Shown here: positions 17,576 to 26,542 of the stretch, in pieces
Layout of the letters: every line of letters begins with the position of its first letter
How positions within the stretch are numbered: the first letter of the stretch is position 1
NCBI GenBank assembly: GCA_964500445.1
Contig: CAZCOG010000001.1
Span: 1-40,000, forward strand
Length of the DNA stretch: 40,000 nt
Origin: an uncultured Persicitalea sp.
GTDB taxonomy: Bacteria > Bacteroidota > Bacteroidia > Cytophagales > Spirosomataceae
Reading direction: 5' to 3'
Made by a program: the position numbers and the translations under genes
The notes under the pieces: generated by a model
What the model was told of the DNA's origin: nothing
The model's database searches: none
The model's input: only the letters and a program-made list of their open reading frames with translations

Positions 17576-17607
17576 TTTGCTTAGTGGCGGGCGACTTTTT
17601 ATTTTTG
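17576..17607 (+). promoter_or_regulatory. Bacteroidota-type promoter candidate for the carboxyltransferase gene
   Basis: TTTG (17576-17579), 20-nt spacer, TATTTTTG (17600-17607). This matches the -33 TTG / -7 TAnnTTTG consensus. It lies 49 nt upstream of the ATG. Confidence 0.4.
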
Positions 17608-17655
17608 GTGTAAACAAGCACCACCAGTTTTTCAAAAAACCATTTCATCGACACC

Positions 17656-19269
17656 ATGACTAAGCCCAGCTCTTTAACCGAACTCATCGACGACCTCAAC
17701 GTTCGCTACGCCACGGCTCAGTTGGGCGGCGGCATTAAGAAAATCGAAAGTCAGCATAAAAAAGGGAAGCTCACCGCCCGCGAACGCATCGACTATCTAC
17801 TTGACGACGAGGCGTACTTTTTGGAAGTAGGTGCCTTTGCCGGGGACGGGATGTACGAGGACGAGGGCGGCTGCCCGGCGGGTGGTGTAGTAGTAGGACT
17901 GGGTTATGTGGAAAAACGGCTGTGCGTAGTCGTAGCCAACGACGCCACCGTAAAGGCCGGAGCCTGGTTTCCGATCACAGCCAAGAAAAACCTGCGGGCG
18001 CAGGAAATCGCGCTGGAAAACCGACTGCCAATTATTTACCTCGTCGATAGTGCGGGGGTTTATCTGCCTATGCAGGCCGAAGTATTTGCCGATAAAGAGC
18101 ATTTTGGACGGGTATTCCGTAACAACGCCCAGTTATCGGCTCAGGGCATCCCGCAGATTGCCGCCATCATGGGTAGTTGCGTCGCGGGTGGTGCCTATCT
18201 GCCAATCATGTCCGACGAGGCGCTGATCGTAGAAGGCACAGGATCGGTGTTTCTGGCCGGGCCTTATCTGGTCAAATCCTCCATCGGTGAGAACGTGGAC
18301 GCCGAGACGCTGGGCGGTGCCACGATGCACAGTGAGGTTTCAGGCGTAATCGACAACAAGTACCCCGACGATAAAAGCTGTCTGGACGCCATCCGTAGCT
18401 CTATGAGCAAACTCGGTGCCCCCGAAAACGCTGGGTTTAGCCGCATGGAAGCCGTGGCACCCAAACGCCAGCCCGACGAAATCTTCGACATTCTGCCCGC
18501 TGACCGCTTCAAGCCCTATGATATGGGACAGTTGCTGGAATGCATTGTGGACGCTTCCGAACTGGACGAATACAAGCCTGATTATGGCAAGACGCTTCTC
18601 TGCGCCACCGCCCGCGTTGATGGCTGGGCCGTGGGTATTGTGGCAAACCAACGCACCGTCGTGAAGTCGGGCAAAGGCGAAATGCAAATGGGCGGGGTAA
18701 TCTACGGAGAAGCCGCCGACAAGGCTGCCCGCTTCATTATGAACTGCAACCAGAAAAAAATACCCCTGCTGTTTTTTCATGACGTGACGGGCTTCATGGT
18801 CGGCAGCCGCGCCGAACAGGGCGGCATCATTAAGGATGGGGCGAAGATGGTCAACGCCGTAGCCAATTCGGTGGTGCCGAAATTTACGTTCATAGTAGGC
18901 AATTCTTACGGCGCGGGCAACTACGCCATGTGCGGCAAGGCCTACGATCCGCGCTTAATTTATGCCTGGCCTACCGCCCAGATGGCCGTAATGAGCGGAG
19001 CCGCCGCCGCTAAAACGCTGGTGCAGATCGAAGCGGGCTCTCTCAAATCCAAGGGCAAAGAACTTACACAAGAGGCAGAAGACGAATTATTGAAAGAAAT
19101 CACTGACCGTTACGACGCCCAGCTTTCACCCTATTACGCCGCAGCCCGGCTTTGGGTAGATGGAATCATCGACCCGCGCGAGACGCGGCGCATCATTTCG
19201 CTGGGCATCGAAGCGGCGAATCAGGCACCTATTACCAAGGCATTTAATGTGGGAGTGATTCAGGTGTAG
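17656..19269 (+). CDS. Acyl-CoA carboxylase carboxyltransferase (beta) subunit, methylcrotonyl-/propionyl-CoA carboxylase type
   Basis: 537-aa ORF. Carboxyl_trans domain pattern (GGGIKKIESQHKKGKLTARERIDYLLD; VVANDATVKAGAW; IAAIMGSCVAGGAYLP; GNSYGAGNYAMCG). No biotin carboxylase or BCCP gene is adjacent. Confidence 0.9.
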   Translation: MTKPSSLTELIDDLNVRYATAQLGGGIKKIESQHKKGKLTARERIDYLLDDEAYFLEVGAFAGDGMYEDEGGCPAGGVVVGLGYVEKRLCVVVANDATVKAGAWFPITAKKNLRAQEIALENRLPIIYLVDSAGVYLPMQAEVFADKEHFGRVFRNNAQLSAQGIPQIAAIMGSCVAGGAYLPIMSDEALIVEGTGSVFLAGPYLVKSSIGENVDAETLGGATMHSEVSGVIDNKYPDDKSCLDAIRSSMSKLGAPENAGFSRMEAVAPKRQPDEIFDILPADRFKPYDMGQLLECIVDASELDEYKPDYGKTLLCATARVDGWAVGIVANQRTVVKSGKGEMQMGGVIYGEAADKAARFIMNCNQKKIPLLFFHDVTGFMVGSRAEQGGIIKDGAKMVNAVANSVVPKFTFIVGNSYGAGNYAMCGKAYDPRLIYAWPTAQMAVMSGAAAAKTLVQIEAGSLKSKGKELTQEAEDELLKEITDRYDAQLSPYYAAARLWVDGIIDPRETRRIISLGIEAANQAPITKAFNVGVIQV

Positions 19270-19391
19270 GAGGATGTCATAAAAAGCGGGTAGAACGACA
19301 CACAGGCTTTTACAGAAAGACAAGAAAATTTGTCTGGCGTCGTTCTTAAATCCCTCGCCAATAGACCACCCCGAAACTGAATAGTACTTTC

Positions 19392-20636
19392 ATGAAAAAG
19401 ACTCACGGCCTTTTTGTGCTACTGACCATCGTCGCGCTAAGCTGTACACCGCCCGACGCCGCACTCGAAAAAAACTACCAGCTCGATCCCTCGCATACAC
19501 TAAGCCTCAACGCACCAGAGGGGCAGGAAATCCTTATCGGCGACCAACTTGATCTACTGAACTTGGTAAAAGTAACCGACCAGAATGGACAACCCGTGAG
19601 CGTTCCATCCCAGGCACTTCAGTACTTTATCAATAATCAGCCTGCCGGTAGTTCCCAGTTCCAGGCGACAGCGGTGGGAAGCTATACTTTCGCGGTGAAG
19701 ATCGGCAACCGGACAACAAACACATTCACACTGACGGTACTACCCTATCAATTAGTAAAAATTCCCGTCGTGTTTCATACCGTAAACTCCACACTTACCG
19801 AAGCTCAAATCAGCCGCATGGTGAAGGGAATGACAGACGCCTTCCGCAATAAATGGAACCCTTACAATGGGGCCAAAGATGAAAACGCGGTAGATAACTT
19901 CGTGGAGTTTTATGCCGCCGCAACGAATCCTTCGGGACAAACGCTCGCTGTAAAAGGACTCAACGCGGTGACTTCCTCGCGAACGACTTTCACCTCCCAA
20001 CAGGCAGTGTATGAGGCCTGGAATAATTACTGGAATCCAAATCGGTTTTTGAATGTATGGATATACGATATTTCGCGTGAAGAAAGCCTGAGTGGCTTTG
20101 CGTATAACCTCCCCGTCACCCGGGCAAGCGCGGGCTTCCGGGTTCAGTCAGCCAGCCGTACTTCGCCGGATTTGCCCTATGGCGTCTATCTCAATAAAAT
20201 CGATATTAATGACAGCCGCTCTAGTACGCTGGCGCACGAAGCGGGCCATGTGCTAGGCCTGAATCACGTTTTCGACGGCAACGGTGACGAAAGTAAGTCG
20301 TGCAGCAGCACCGACCCTGACTATTGCGCCGACACGCCCTACTATGATCGGGGTACGTATATGGACAACTACCGGACGCTACGCCAACGCCGTACGGCCT
20401 GCGATGGTACCAGCTATATAAGTACCAACATTATGGATTACTACCTTGGTTACGAAAACTCTTTTACCCGCAATCAGCGCGACCGCATCCAGCATACGCT
20501 GAATTATGGCCGATGGCTCCCTTCTCCGGCTAACAACGATCCCCGCGCCAGGCAAGCCGCCGAAATGGATTATGTTAAAAGGCCCAATGATTATGTGTAC
20601 ATCGAGCCTTTAATTTGCAAGAAAAAATATGAGTGA
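19392..20636 (+). CDS. M43-family (pappalysin/ulilysin-like) zinc metalloprotease lipoprotein
   Basis: 414-aa ORF. Lipobox (TIVALSC). Metzincin motif HEAGHVLGLNHVF. Downstream CADTPYY, Met-turn NIMDY and FTRNQRDRI, as I recall them from M43B enzymes. Confidence 0.85.
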   Translation: MKKTHGLFVLLTIVALSCTPPDAALEKNYQLDPSHTLSLNAPEGQEILIGDQLDLLNLVKVTDQNGQPVSVPSQALQYFINNQPAGSSQFQATAVGSYTFAVKIGNRTTNTFTLTVLPYQLVKIPVVFHTVNSTLTEAQISRMVKGMTDAFRNKWNPYNGAKDENAVDNFVEFYAAATNPSGQTLAVKGLNAVTSSRTTFTSQQAVYEAWNNYWNPNRFLNVWIYDISREESLSGFAYNLPVTRASAGFRVQSASRTSPDLPYGVYLNKIDINDSRSSTLAHEAGHVLGLNHVFDGNGDESKSCSSTDPDYCADTPYYDRGTYMDNYRTLRQRRTACDGTSYISTNIMDYYLGYENSFTRNQRDRIQHTLNYGRWLPSPANNDPRARQAAEMDYVKRPNDYVYIEPLICKKKYE

Positions 20637-20685
20637 TGAAAGGTGAAGAGCATAATCATTCATCATTTATAACTCATCATTCTAA

Positions 20686-21129
20686 CTACTCCTCCACTTT
20701 CTTTATTGAAGCCGAATTGATGCAAAACCGCAGGCCCGATGGCTTGGGTCCATCGGGAAAAACGTGGCCCAAATGCCCGTCACAGACATTGCACATCACT
20801 TCTACGCGCTGCATTCCGTAGCTCGTATCCAGGTCATATTCGATAACATCGTCTGATACGGGTTCTGAGAAACTAGGCCAGCCCGTGCCGGACTCGAACT
20901 TCACCGTCGAGTCGAACAGAGGTGTACCGCAAGCCCGACAGGCGTAGAGGCCCGGCTCGTGCCGCTCGCAGTACTCACCCGTGAAGGCCCGCTCAGTACC
21001 TTTCTGACGGATGACCTGGTATTCTTCGGGGGAAAGCTGCGCTTTCCATTCTGCTTCGGTTTTTTCCACCCGTTTGGGAGGGGTAGGATTGCCCTTTTGG
21101 GCGTAGTTTATTACGTCTGTCCAATTCAT
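20686..21129 (-). CDS. msrB: Peptide-methionine (R)-S-oxide reductase
   Basis: 147-aa ORF. SelR motifs GTERAFTGEY, two CxxC pairs (CRACGTPLF; CNVCDGHLGHVF), GTGWPSF and RFCINS. Confidence 0.95.
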   Translation of the reverse strand: MNWTDVINYAQKGNPTPPKRVEKTEAEWKAQLSPEEYQVIRQKGTERAFTGEYCERHEPGLYACRACGTPLFDSTVKFESGTGWPSFSEPVSDDVIEYDLDTSYGMQRVEVMCNVCDGHLGHVFPDGPKPSGLRFCINSASIKKVEE

Positions 21130-21185
21130 AATTTCAATATTGAATGATCATTGTGAATACTAATGAATAAAAATCACCTCGTGTC

Positions 21186-21193
21186 CAAATTTA
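21186..21193 (-). promoter_or_regulatory. -7 box candidate (TAAATTTG on the minus strand) for msrB
   Basis: The plus strand reads CAAATTTA. It lies 57 nt upstream of the msrB ATG (21129). Confidence 0.25.
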
Positions 21194-21503
21194 TGCCATA
21201 GGCACTGTGGTTTTGGTACTTCGTGGAGTGTTCTGGTGCGTACTTTGGTACTTAGAACTAACACTCAGGGCTGCGGTTATGTTTCTTCGTCCTTAAAAAG
21301 GATAATTTGTCAGGAAAGAATCCTACATCTCTTTTTTTTATTCAATTCTTATTGCAAAAAGAGAAATTGCAGGTTATACTTGTCTTCTCAACGATTTCCT
21401 AATCAATGTATTGATAGCCAGACTTACTTTTGAGTAACTTATTTAAAATAAAAGGGCTATTTAATTATTCTCATAAACTCAATTTATTCTAAAAACACAA
21501 TTT

Positions 21504-23912
21504 TTGAAAAAGCTATCAAGTACATTAAGTGGTTTATTTTTTCTACTGACTCTTAATACTGTATGGGCGCAAAGTCCCGAGGGTACTGCTACCGTCAGTG
21601 CTGATTTAGGAGAAATCATTGGAAAACTGGTGGATGCTTCGAATGATAATCCAGCCAGTTTCGCTACCGTCGCCCTCACCCGACCTGATTCTTCCGTAAT
21701 TAGTGGACTTACCGCCGATGAAAACGGAGTTTTTCATTTGACCAGCGTAAAGCCGGGAAACTACCTTATTCGCGTCACCAATATTGGCTACCAAACGCTA
21801 TTTATTCCGAACGTCAACATGCCCGCCGAAGTCACAACAACTGACTTGGGGATAATCCCATTAGCTGCGAATGTCCAGAATCTGAATGAGGTAGTGGTGA
21901 GAGCCGAGAAAACGATGATCGTATCCGATATTGATAAGAAAATCGTCAATGTGGGCCGCGACCTCCTGGCAACAAGCAACAATGTCAGCGAGTTATTGGA
22001 AAAAGTACCTTCCGTATCGCTGGACGAAAACGGTAATCCGATGGTGCGCGGCAAAGGCAGTGTGGTGGTGCTGATCGACGGCAAACCTTCGACGCTTTAC
22101 GGCAATGACGTGGCCACGGTGCTGCAATCGTTCCCCGCCGAACTCATCGAGCGCATCGAGGTCATGACGACCCCCTCGGCCAAGTACGAAGGCGAAGGCG
22201 CGTCGGGCGTCATTGACATCATTACAAAAAAAACTAAAATTGTGGGTACCAGTGGTAGTCTCCGCGGCACGCTCGGCGCCCAAAACAACAGCAACGGCTC
22301 GGCTTATCTTAGCTACAAGACGAATAAGTGGGCCGTCCGCGCCTCGGCCAGTGTTCGCAATCAGATCTGGTACTACCGCCGGACGCTGGACCGGCAGAAT
22401 TTCCTGGGTGATTCTACAACCTATTTCTCCCAGCGCGGCTCGGGCAGTAGTCAGGATACCGATTATTTTGGTCGCTTGGGAGTCAATTATGATTTTAGCG
22501 AGAAAAGCAGCATCGGTCTGACGGTCAACTACTCGCACAACAAGGATGTGGATAAGTCGGAAAATACCAACCAAACGCTGTCGCAGGAAGGTACTTTACT
22601 CGAAAAATTCGACCGCTTCTCGACAGGTGCTACTTTCAACGACAACCTCAACGTCAACCTGGATTACCGCAAGCGCTTCGCCAAGGAGCGGCAAATCTTC
22701 AATATTTCGGCCAATTACAGCAACGGTATTTCCGATGGCGAGTCTGAGTTTGACCAGCAGAGCGATTATGCATATCTGCTGCGCCGCCAACGTAATCTGC
22801 GTGACAACAATCGGCACGAAGCGGTTCTGGATGCAGACTACACCTGGCCCATTACCCCGAGTTCTACCCTGGAAGTGGGCGCCAAAACCCGGATGCGCCG
22901 CAGCCATGACGACAACGCCTTCTACACCTTCGACCAGGAGCTGGACGATTTCCTATTCAACGAAAATGTGAGTAATGTTTTTGGCTTCGAGGAATACACC
23001 CATACGGGTTATACGTCGTTCACGCAGAAAAGTGACCTCTGGGGCATTCGGGCGGGGCTTCGCCTGACGGATGCCACACAGAAAATCGATCAGATCAGTC
23101 GTGAACAGGCGTTTTCCACGCATTTCTTTTATCTGGTACCTTCCTTTGCCATCACCCGAAAACTTGACGAAGAGACCCAGGTTAAGGTCAATTACAGCCG
23201 ACGCGTGCAACGCCCGAGTTCGGACGCGCTCAATCCTTTCACCGATATTTCGGACCCGCGCAACATCCGGGAAGGCAACCCCGCGCTCCGACCCGAATAC
23301 GTCCATAAGGCCGAAGTAGGCTACTCGCAGTACAAGGAGCAGGGGGGCTGGGGACCGGCGTTGTTCCTTGACTATTCCAATAACGCCATCACCCGCATCC
23401 GCACCATCGATGCAGAGGGTATTTCTTACCAGCGCTACGACAACGTAGGCCGTGAACTGTCCTACGGTTTCGAGACAGATTTTTCCAAAAAAGTTGGGGA
23501 AAAGCTAAAATTGAACGCCAGCGGTCGGATATTCCGTAGCGAAGTGGTATCGTTGGCGGCTAACATCGACAACAAAATATGGAGCTACTCCGGCAATCTT
23601 AACGCTTTCCTGGAACTACCCCTGAAAATGCGGGCGTCAGCCTACGTCACCTACGACGGCCCGCGCGCTATCGCGCAGGGTACCCGCCCTGGCGTGTTTG
23701 TGGCCAACCTGGGCGTCCGCCGCGACTTCTTCGAGCGCAAGGCTACGCTTTCAGTCAGTGTTCAGGATCTGTTCCTCTCGCGCATCTACAAGTCAGAACT
23801 TAGTACGGCTACCTACACACAAAGTTCGCTCTACCACCGCACCAACCGCTTCGCGGGCGTAACATTCCACTACCGTTTCGGGAGGATTTCGGCGCAGGGA
23901 GAAGAGGGGTAA
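21504..23912 (+). CDS. TonB-dependent-receptor-like outer-membrane beta-barrel protein (CarboxypepD_reg + plug + barrel)
   Basis: 802-aa ORF with a TTG start; there is no in-frame ATG before the signal peptide MKKLSSTLSGLFFLLTLNTVWAQ. CarboxypepD_reg-like segment (IGKLVDASNDNPASFATVAL...GNYLIRVTNIGYQT). Plug motifs (LNEVVVRAEK; IERIEVMTTPSAKYEGEGASGVIDIITKK). Long barrel region. Confidence 0.85.
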   Translation: MKKLSSTLSGLFFLLTLNTVWAQSPEGTATVSADLGEIIGKLVDASNDNPASFATVALTRPDSSVISGLTADENGVFHLTSVKPGNYLIRVTNIGYQTLFIPNVNMPAEVTTTDLGIIPLAANVQNLNEVVVRAEKTMIVSDIDKKIVNVGRDLLATSNNVSELLEKVPSVSLDENGNPMVRGKGSVVVLIDGKPSTLYGNDVATVLQSFPAELIERIEVMTTPSAKYEGEGASGVIDIITKKTKIVGTSGSLRGTLGAQNNSNGSAYLSYKTNKWAVRASASVRNQIWYYRRTLDRQNFLGDSTTYFSQRGSGSSQDTDYFGRLGVNYDFSEKSSIGLTVNYSHNKDVDKSENTNQTLSQEGTLLEKFDRFSTGATFNDNLNVNLDYRKRFAKERQIFNISANYSNGISDGESEFDQQSDYAYLLRRQRNLRDNNRHEAVLDADYTWPITPSSTLEVGAKTRMRRSHDDNAFYTFDQELDDFLFNENVSNVFGFEEYTHTGYTSFTQKSDLWGIRAGLRLTDATQKIDQISREQAFSTHFFYLVPSFAITRKLDEETQVKVNYSRRVQRPSSDALNPFTDISDPRNIREGNPALRPEYVHKAEVGYSQYKEQGGWGPALFLDYSNNAITRIRTIDAEGISYQRYDNVGRELSYGFETDFSKKVGEKLKLNASGRIFRSEVVSLAANIDNKIWSYSGNLNAFLELPLKMRASAYVTYDGPRAIAQGTRPGVFVANLGVRRDFFERKATLSVSVQDLFLSRIYKSELSTATYTQSSLYHRTNRFAGVTFHYRFGRISAQGEEG

Positions 23913-23959
23913 GTATGAGGTTTCCGGTGAAAAGAGAACAGTCAGTGTAAAGCCAAAAA

Positions 23960-25174
23960 CTACCGCCACGTAACCTTTTTCTTTCTTTTCGAAAGTACCA
24001 ATCCACTTATGCCGATATAATAGATAAAAAGCGCAAAATCCATCGGAATAAAGCTCAGCCAGCCAAGCGTGCGATCCAACCGCTTGTTGATAGCCTGCAA
24101 AACGATAGTCTGCACCAGCCATCTTAACGCAAAAGTACCACCAAGGATTTGTAACAATAAGATATTAAAACTAAACAAGCCCCACACCAGAGCCAGTAAG
24201 CCTGCCACCCAAACGCCGACGTGCGACGCCGACAGAAGTCCCAACCGGATTTTGTTGGCAGAGCGGTAATGTTTACCTACCGACAAATGTCGTTTTTTTT
24301 GCGTGAGCCAACTTTTCCAACTCGTTTTAGGAAAAGAATACACAAATGAATCAGGATCGAGATTAACAGCAGTATTATCGGCCGTGGCCGCCTGATTCAT
24401 AAAAAGGTCGTCGTCGCCGCCCACGATGTGCTTGTGTTTGTAAAAACCTTTGTGCTGAAAAAACAGGGTGGTTCGGTACATCAGGTTGCGGCCTACCCCC
24501 ATATAAGGGCGATGCGCAGTGGCCAATGATAAGTACTGCACAGCTGTATAGAACGTCTCACAGCGAATGAACCAGTTGAGTAATCCTTTCTCCTTGTAGT
24601 ATGGAGAAAATCCGAGAACGATTTCCTGGTCTTCGCCCATTTGCCCGGCCATGCTGGCAATCCAGCCGAGGCTGGCGGGACGGCAGTCGGCATCGGTCAT
24701 CAGGACTACGGGATAGCGAGCATGCTTCATGCCCACGGTCAGGGCGTATTTTTTGGGCGTGATGTGCGGGTACTCAGCATCGATCCTCACAAAGCGGACG
24801 TGCGCCCATTGCCCGGCATTTTCTTTCAAAAAATCATTGGTGCCGTCTTCCGAACGGTCGTCGAGCACAATCACTTCAAACTCGGGATATTCCTGAGCGT
24901 CCAGCAAAGGGAGCAATTCCTGCAGATTTTCGAGTTCATTCCAGGCACATACAAGCACGGATACCCCTTCGGACGACGATCCGCCGGATGAAGCATCGCC
25001 GATGACTTCTTGTTGATAATTGATCAGCCGGGAAAAGACAAACAGGTAATAAAAAAGCTGAATAAATAGGAAGACGCCGAGGAAGGCAAGTAAAGTTTCG
25101 GTCACGCGGCCAGAGACATTGATAGAGGGATTTTCGGCAAATATACATTCATTACCAGCAATCTTTGCGGGCAT
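23960..25174 (-). CDS. Integral-membrane family-2 glycosyltransferase (processive-synthase-like)
   Basis: GT2 motifs are VSVLVCAWNE, IVLDDRSEDGT, LMTDADC (DxD), VGGDDDLF and TQKKRH (a QxxRW-like motif). There is one N-terminal and about three C-terminal hydrophobic helices. The start is placed at ATG 25174 (MPAKIAG...); the longer ORF to 25279 would overlap the divergent tgt coding region. Confidence 0.85.
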   Translation of the reverse strand: MPAKIAGNECIFAENPSINVSGRVTETLLAFLGVFLFIQLFYYLFVFSRLINYQQEVIGDASSGGSSSEGVSVLVCAWNELENLQELLPLLDAQEYPEFEVIVLDDRSEDGTNDFLKENAGQWAHVRFVRIDAEYPHITPKKYALTVGMKHARYPVVLMTDADCRPASLGWIASMAGQMGEDQEIVLGFSPYYKEKGLLNWFIRCETFYTAVQYLSLATAHRPYMGVGRNLMYRTTLFFQHKGFYKHKHIVGGDDDLFMNQAATADNTAVNLDPDSFVYSFPKTSWKSWLTQKKRHLSVGKHYRSANKIRLGLLSASHVGVWVAGLLALVWGLFSFNILLLQILGGTFALRWLVQTIVLQAINKRLDRTLGWLSFIPMDFALFIYYIGISGLVLSKRKKKVTWR

Positions 25175-25179
25175 AGGCG

Positions 25180-25187
25180 TATTTTTG
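25180..25187 (+). promoter_or_regulatory. -7 box candidate (TATTTTTG) for tgt
   Basis: A TAnnTTTG match 24 nt upstream of the tgt ATG. There is no well-spaced -33 TTG. Confidence 0.3.
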
Positions 25188-25210
25188 CGGCCCGCTAAGC
25201 CGAATACTCT

Positions 25211-26344
25211 ATGAAATTTACGCTCGAAACCCAGGATACCCACACCAAAGCCCGCACCGGCCTGATCGAAACGGCCCATGGTTCAATCCAGACGCCGATA
25301 TTCATGCCTGTCGGCACGGCAGGAACAGTGAAGGCTGTTCACCAACGTGAGTTGCGCGATGATGTAAAGGCGCAGATTATTCTGGGGAATACTTACCACC
25401 TTTTCCTTCGACCTGGCCTCGATATAATCAAACAGGCAGGTGGCCTTCACCGCTTCAACGGCTGGGAAGGGCCAATTCTGACCGATAGCGGAGGGTACCA
25501 AGTATACTCACTGGCTGGGACGGGCAGAAAAATAAAAGAGCAAGGTGTGGAATTTCGTTCCCACATCGATGGCTCGCTCCACACTTTTACGCCCGAAGGT
25601 GTGGTTGATATTCAGCGGCAGATTGGGGCCGATATAATTATGGCATTCGACGAATGTACTCCTTACCCCTGCGAATACGAATACGCCCGCGCCTCAATGG
25701 AAATGACTCACCGCTGGCTAAAACGATGCTGCGACCGTTTCGATGATACGGAAGCACACTACGGCTACCCACAGACCCTTTTTCCGATTGTGCAAGGAAG
25801 TGTTTACAAGGACCTTAGAATAAAATCGGCCGAAACCATTGCTGCCGCTGGTCGGGAAGGAAATGCCATTGGCGGGCTATCGGTGGGCGAACCTGCCGAG
25901 ATTATGTACGAATTGGCAGAGGTAGTTTGCGATATTTTGCCCCGTGATAAACCCCGTTATTTAATGGGAGTCGGTACACCCGCCGATATTCTGGAAGGCA
26001 TCGCTGTGGGGGTAGATATGTTTGATTGCGTGATGCCCACCCGAAATGCACGTAATGGTATGCTTTTTACAACCGAAGGCATAATCAATATCAGAAATCT
26101 GAAATGGCAGGATGATTTTAGCCCAATTGATAAAAATTTGGGCGGATATGTCAGCAATTCCTATACGAAGGCTTACCTTCGCCACCTTATCCGGTCAAAC
26201 GAAATGCTGGGAGCTCAAATTGCCAGCATTCACAATCTGACTTTTTATTTGTGGCTGGTTGGCGAGGCCCGGCGCAGAATTATACAGGGAGATTTCGGTA
26301 CCTGGAAGATTGACACGATAAAAAAAGTAATGCAAAGGCTTTGA
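25211..26344 (+). CDS. tgt: Queuine tRNA-ribosyltransferase (tRNA-guanine transglycosylase)
   Basis: 377-aa ORF. Motifs include ARTGLIETAHGSIQTPIFMPVGT, LTDSGGYQV, IMAFDEC and GLSVGEP. Zn site CVMPTRNARNG...H. Confidence 0.96.
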   Translation: MKFTLETQDTHTKARTGLIETAHGSIQTPIFMPVGTAGTVKAVHQRELRDDVKAQIILGNTYHLFLRPGLDIIKQAGGLHRFNGWEGPILTDSGGYQVYSLAGTGRKIKEQGVEFRSHIDGSLHTFTPEGVVDIQRQIGADIIMAFDECTPYPCEYEYARASMEMTHRWLKRCCDRFDDTEAHYGYPQTLFPIVQGSVYKDLRIKSAETIAAAGREGNAIGGLSVGEPAEIMYELAEVVCDILPRDKPRYLMGVGTPADILEGIAVGVDMFDCVMPTRNARNGMLFTTEGIINIRNLKWQDDFSPIDKNLGGYVSNSYTKAYLRHLIRSNEMLGAQIASIHNLTFYLWLVGEARRRIIQGDFGTWKIDTIKKVMQRL

Positions 26345-26421
26345 ATATTTCAAATCACCTTTTTTTTTAGAAAAAAATTACAATACCCCGTATTTAATCC
26401 GATTTTAGGAAGCTTTGGCAG

Positions 26422-26452
26422 TTGGTTAACTCATTTAGTTACCATACTTTTG
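26422..26452 (+). promoter_or_regulatory. Bacteroidota-type promoter candidate for the OmpA-family gene
   Basis: TTG (26422-26424), 20-nt spacer, TACTTTTG (26445-26452). It lies ~90 nt upstream of the ATG. Confidence 0.3.
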
Positions 26453-26542
26453 TTGCCAACTGAAAGGAACGGATAAACGGACAAAGAGAGTAAAAAACGT
26501 AAGAAGAATCCTTGTTCATCAAATAACGCAATTTTTTATAGT

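Noticed and set aside
17445-17699. Small ORFs (84 aa and 72 aa on the minus strand, 70 aa on the plus strand) in the 227-bp gap before the carboxyltransferase gene
   Set aside because: They overlap each other and the carboxyltransferase start and have no recognisable motifs. The gap is at least partly explained by a well-formed TTTG-N20-TATTTTTG promoter. A tiny real protein cannot be excluded.
19292-19346. Nested hairpin after the carboxyltransferase gene: AGAACGAC/GTCGTTCT outer stem and AGACAA/TTGTCT inner stem
   Set aside because: No U-tract follows and the outer loop is large. It could still be a weak terminator or a processing site, but the evidence is insufficient to call a feature.
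21236-21433. 65-aa ORF in the AT-rich msrB/receptor spacer
   Set aside because: It uses a GTG start in AT-rich non-coding-looking sequence. The Cys/Arg/Leu-rich translation has no motif, and it overlaps predicted promoter elements.
21130-21503. Possible cobalamin, TPP or other riboswitch upstream of the TonB-type receptor
   Set aside because: I could not find a B12-box, a THI-box (CUGAGA) or other class-defining conserved segments by eye. An Infernal scan would be needed to rule it in.
25175-25279. 35-codon N-terminal extension of the GT2 ORF (MGRFDQAGAGFG...)
   Set aside because: It would overlap the divergent tgt coding sequence by 69 nt. It is Gly/Phe-rich with no homology-like features. 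The internal ATG at 25174 precedes the first TM helix.
26360-26377. T9-AG-A7 palindrome right after tgt
   Set aside because: A stem made only of A-T pairs would be very unstable, so I do not call it a terminator.
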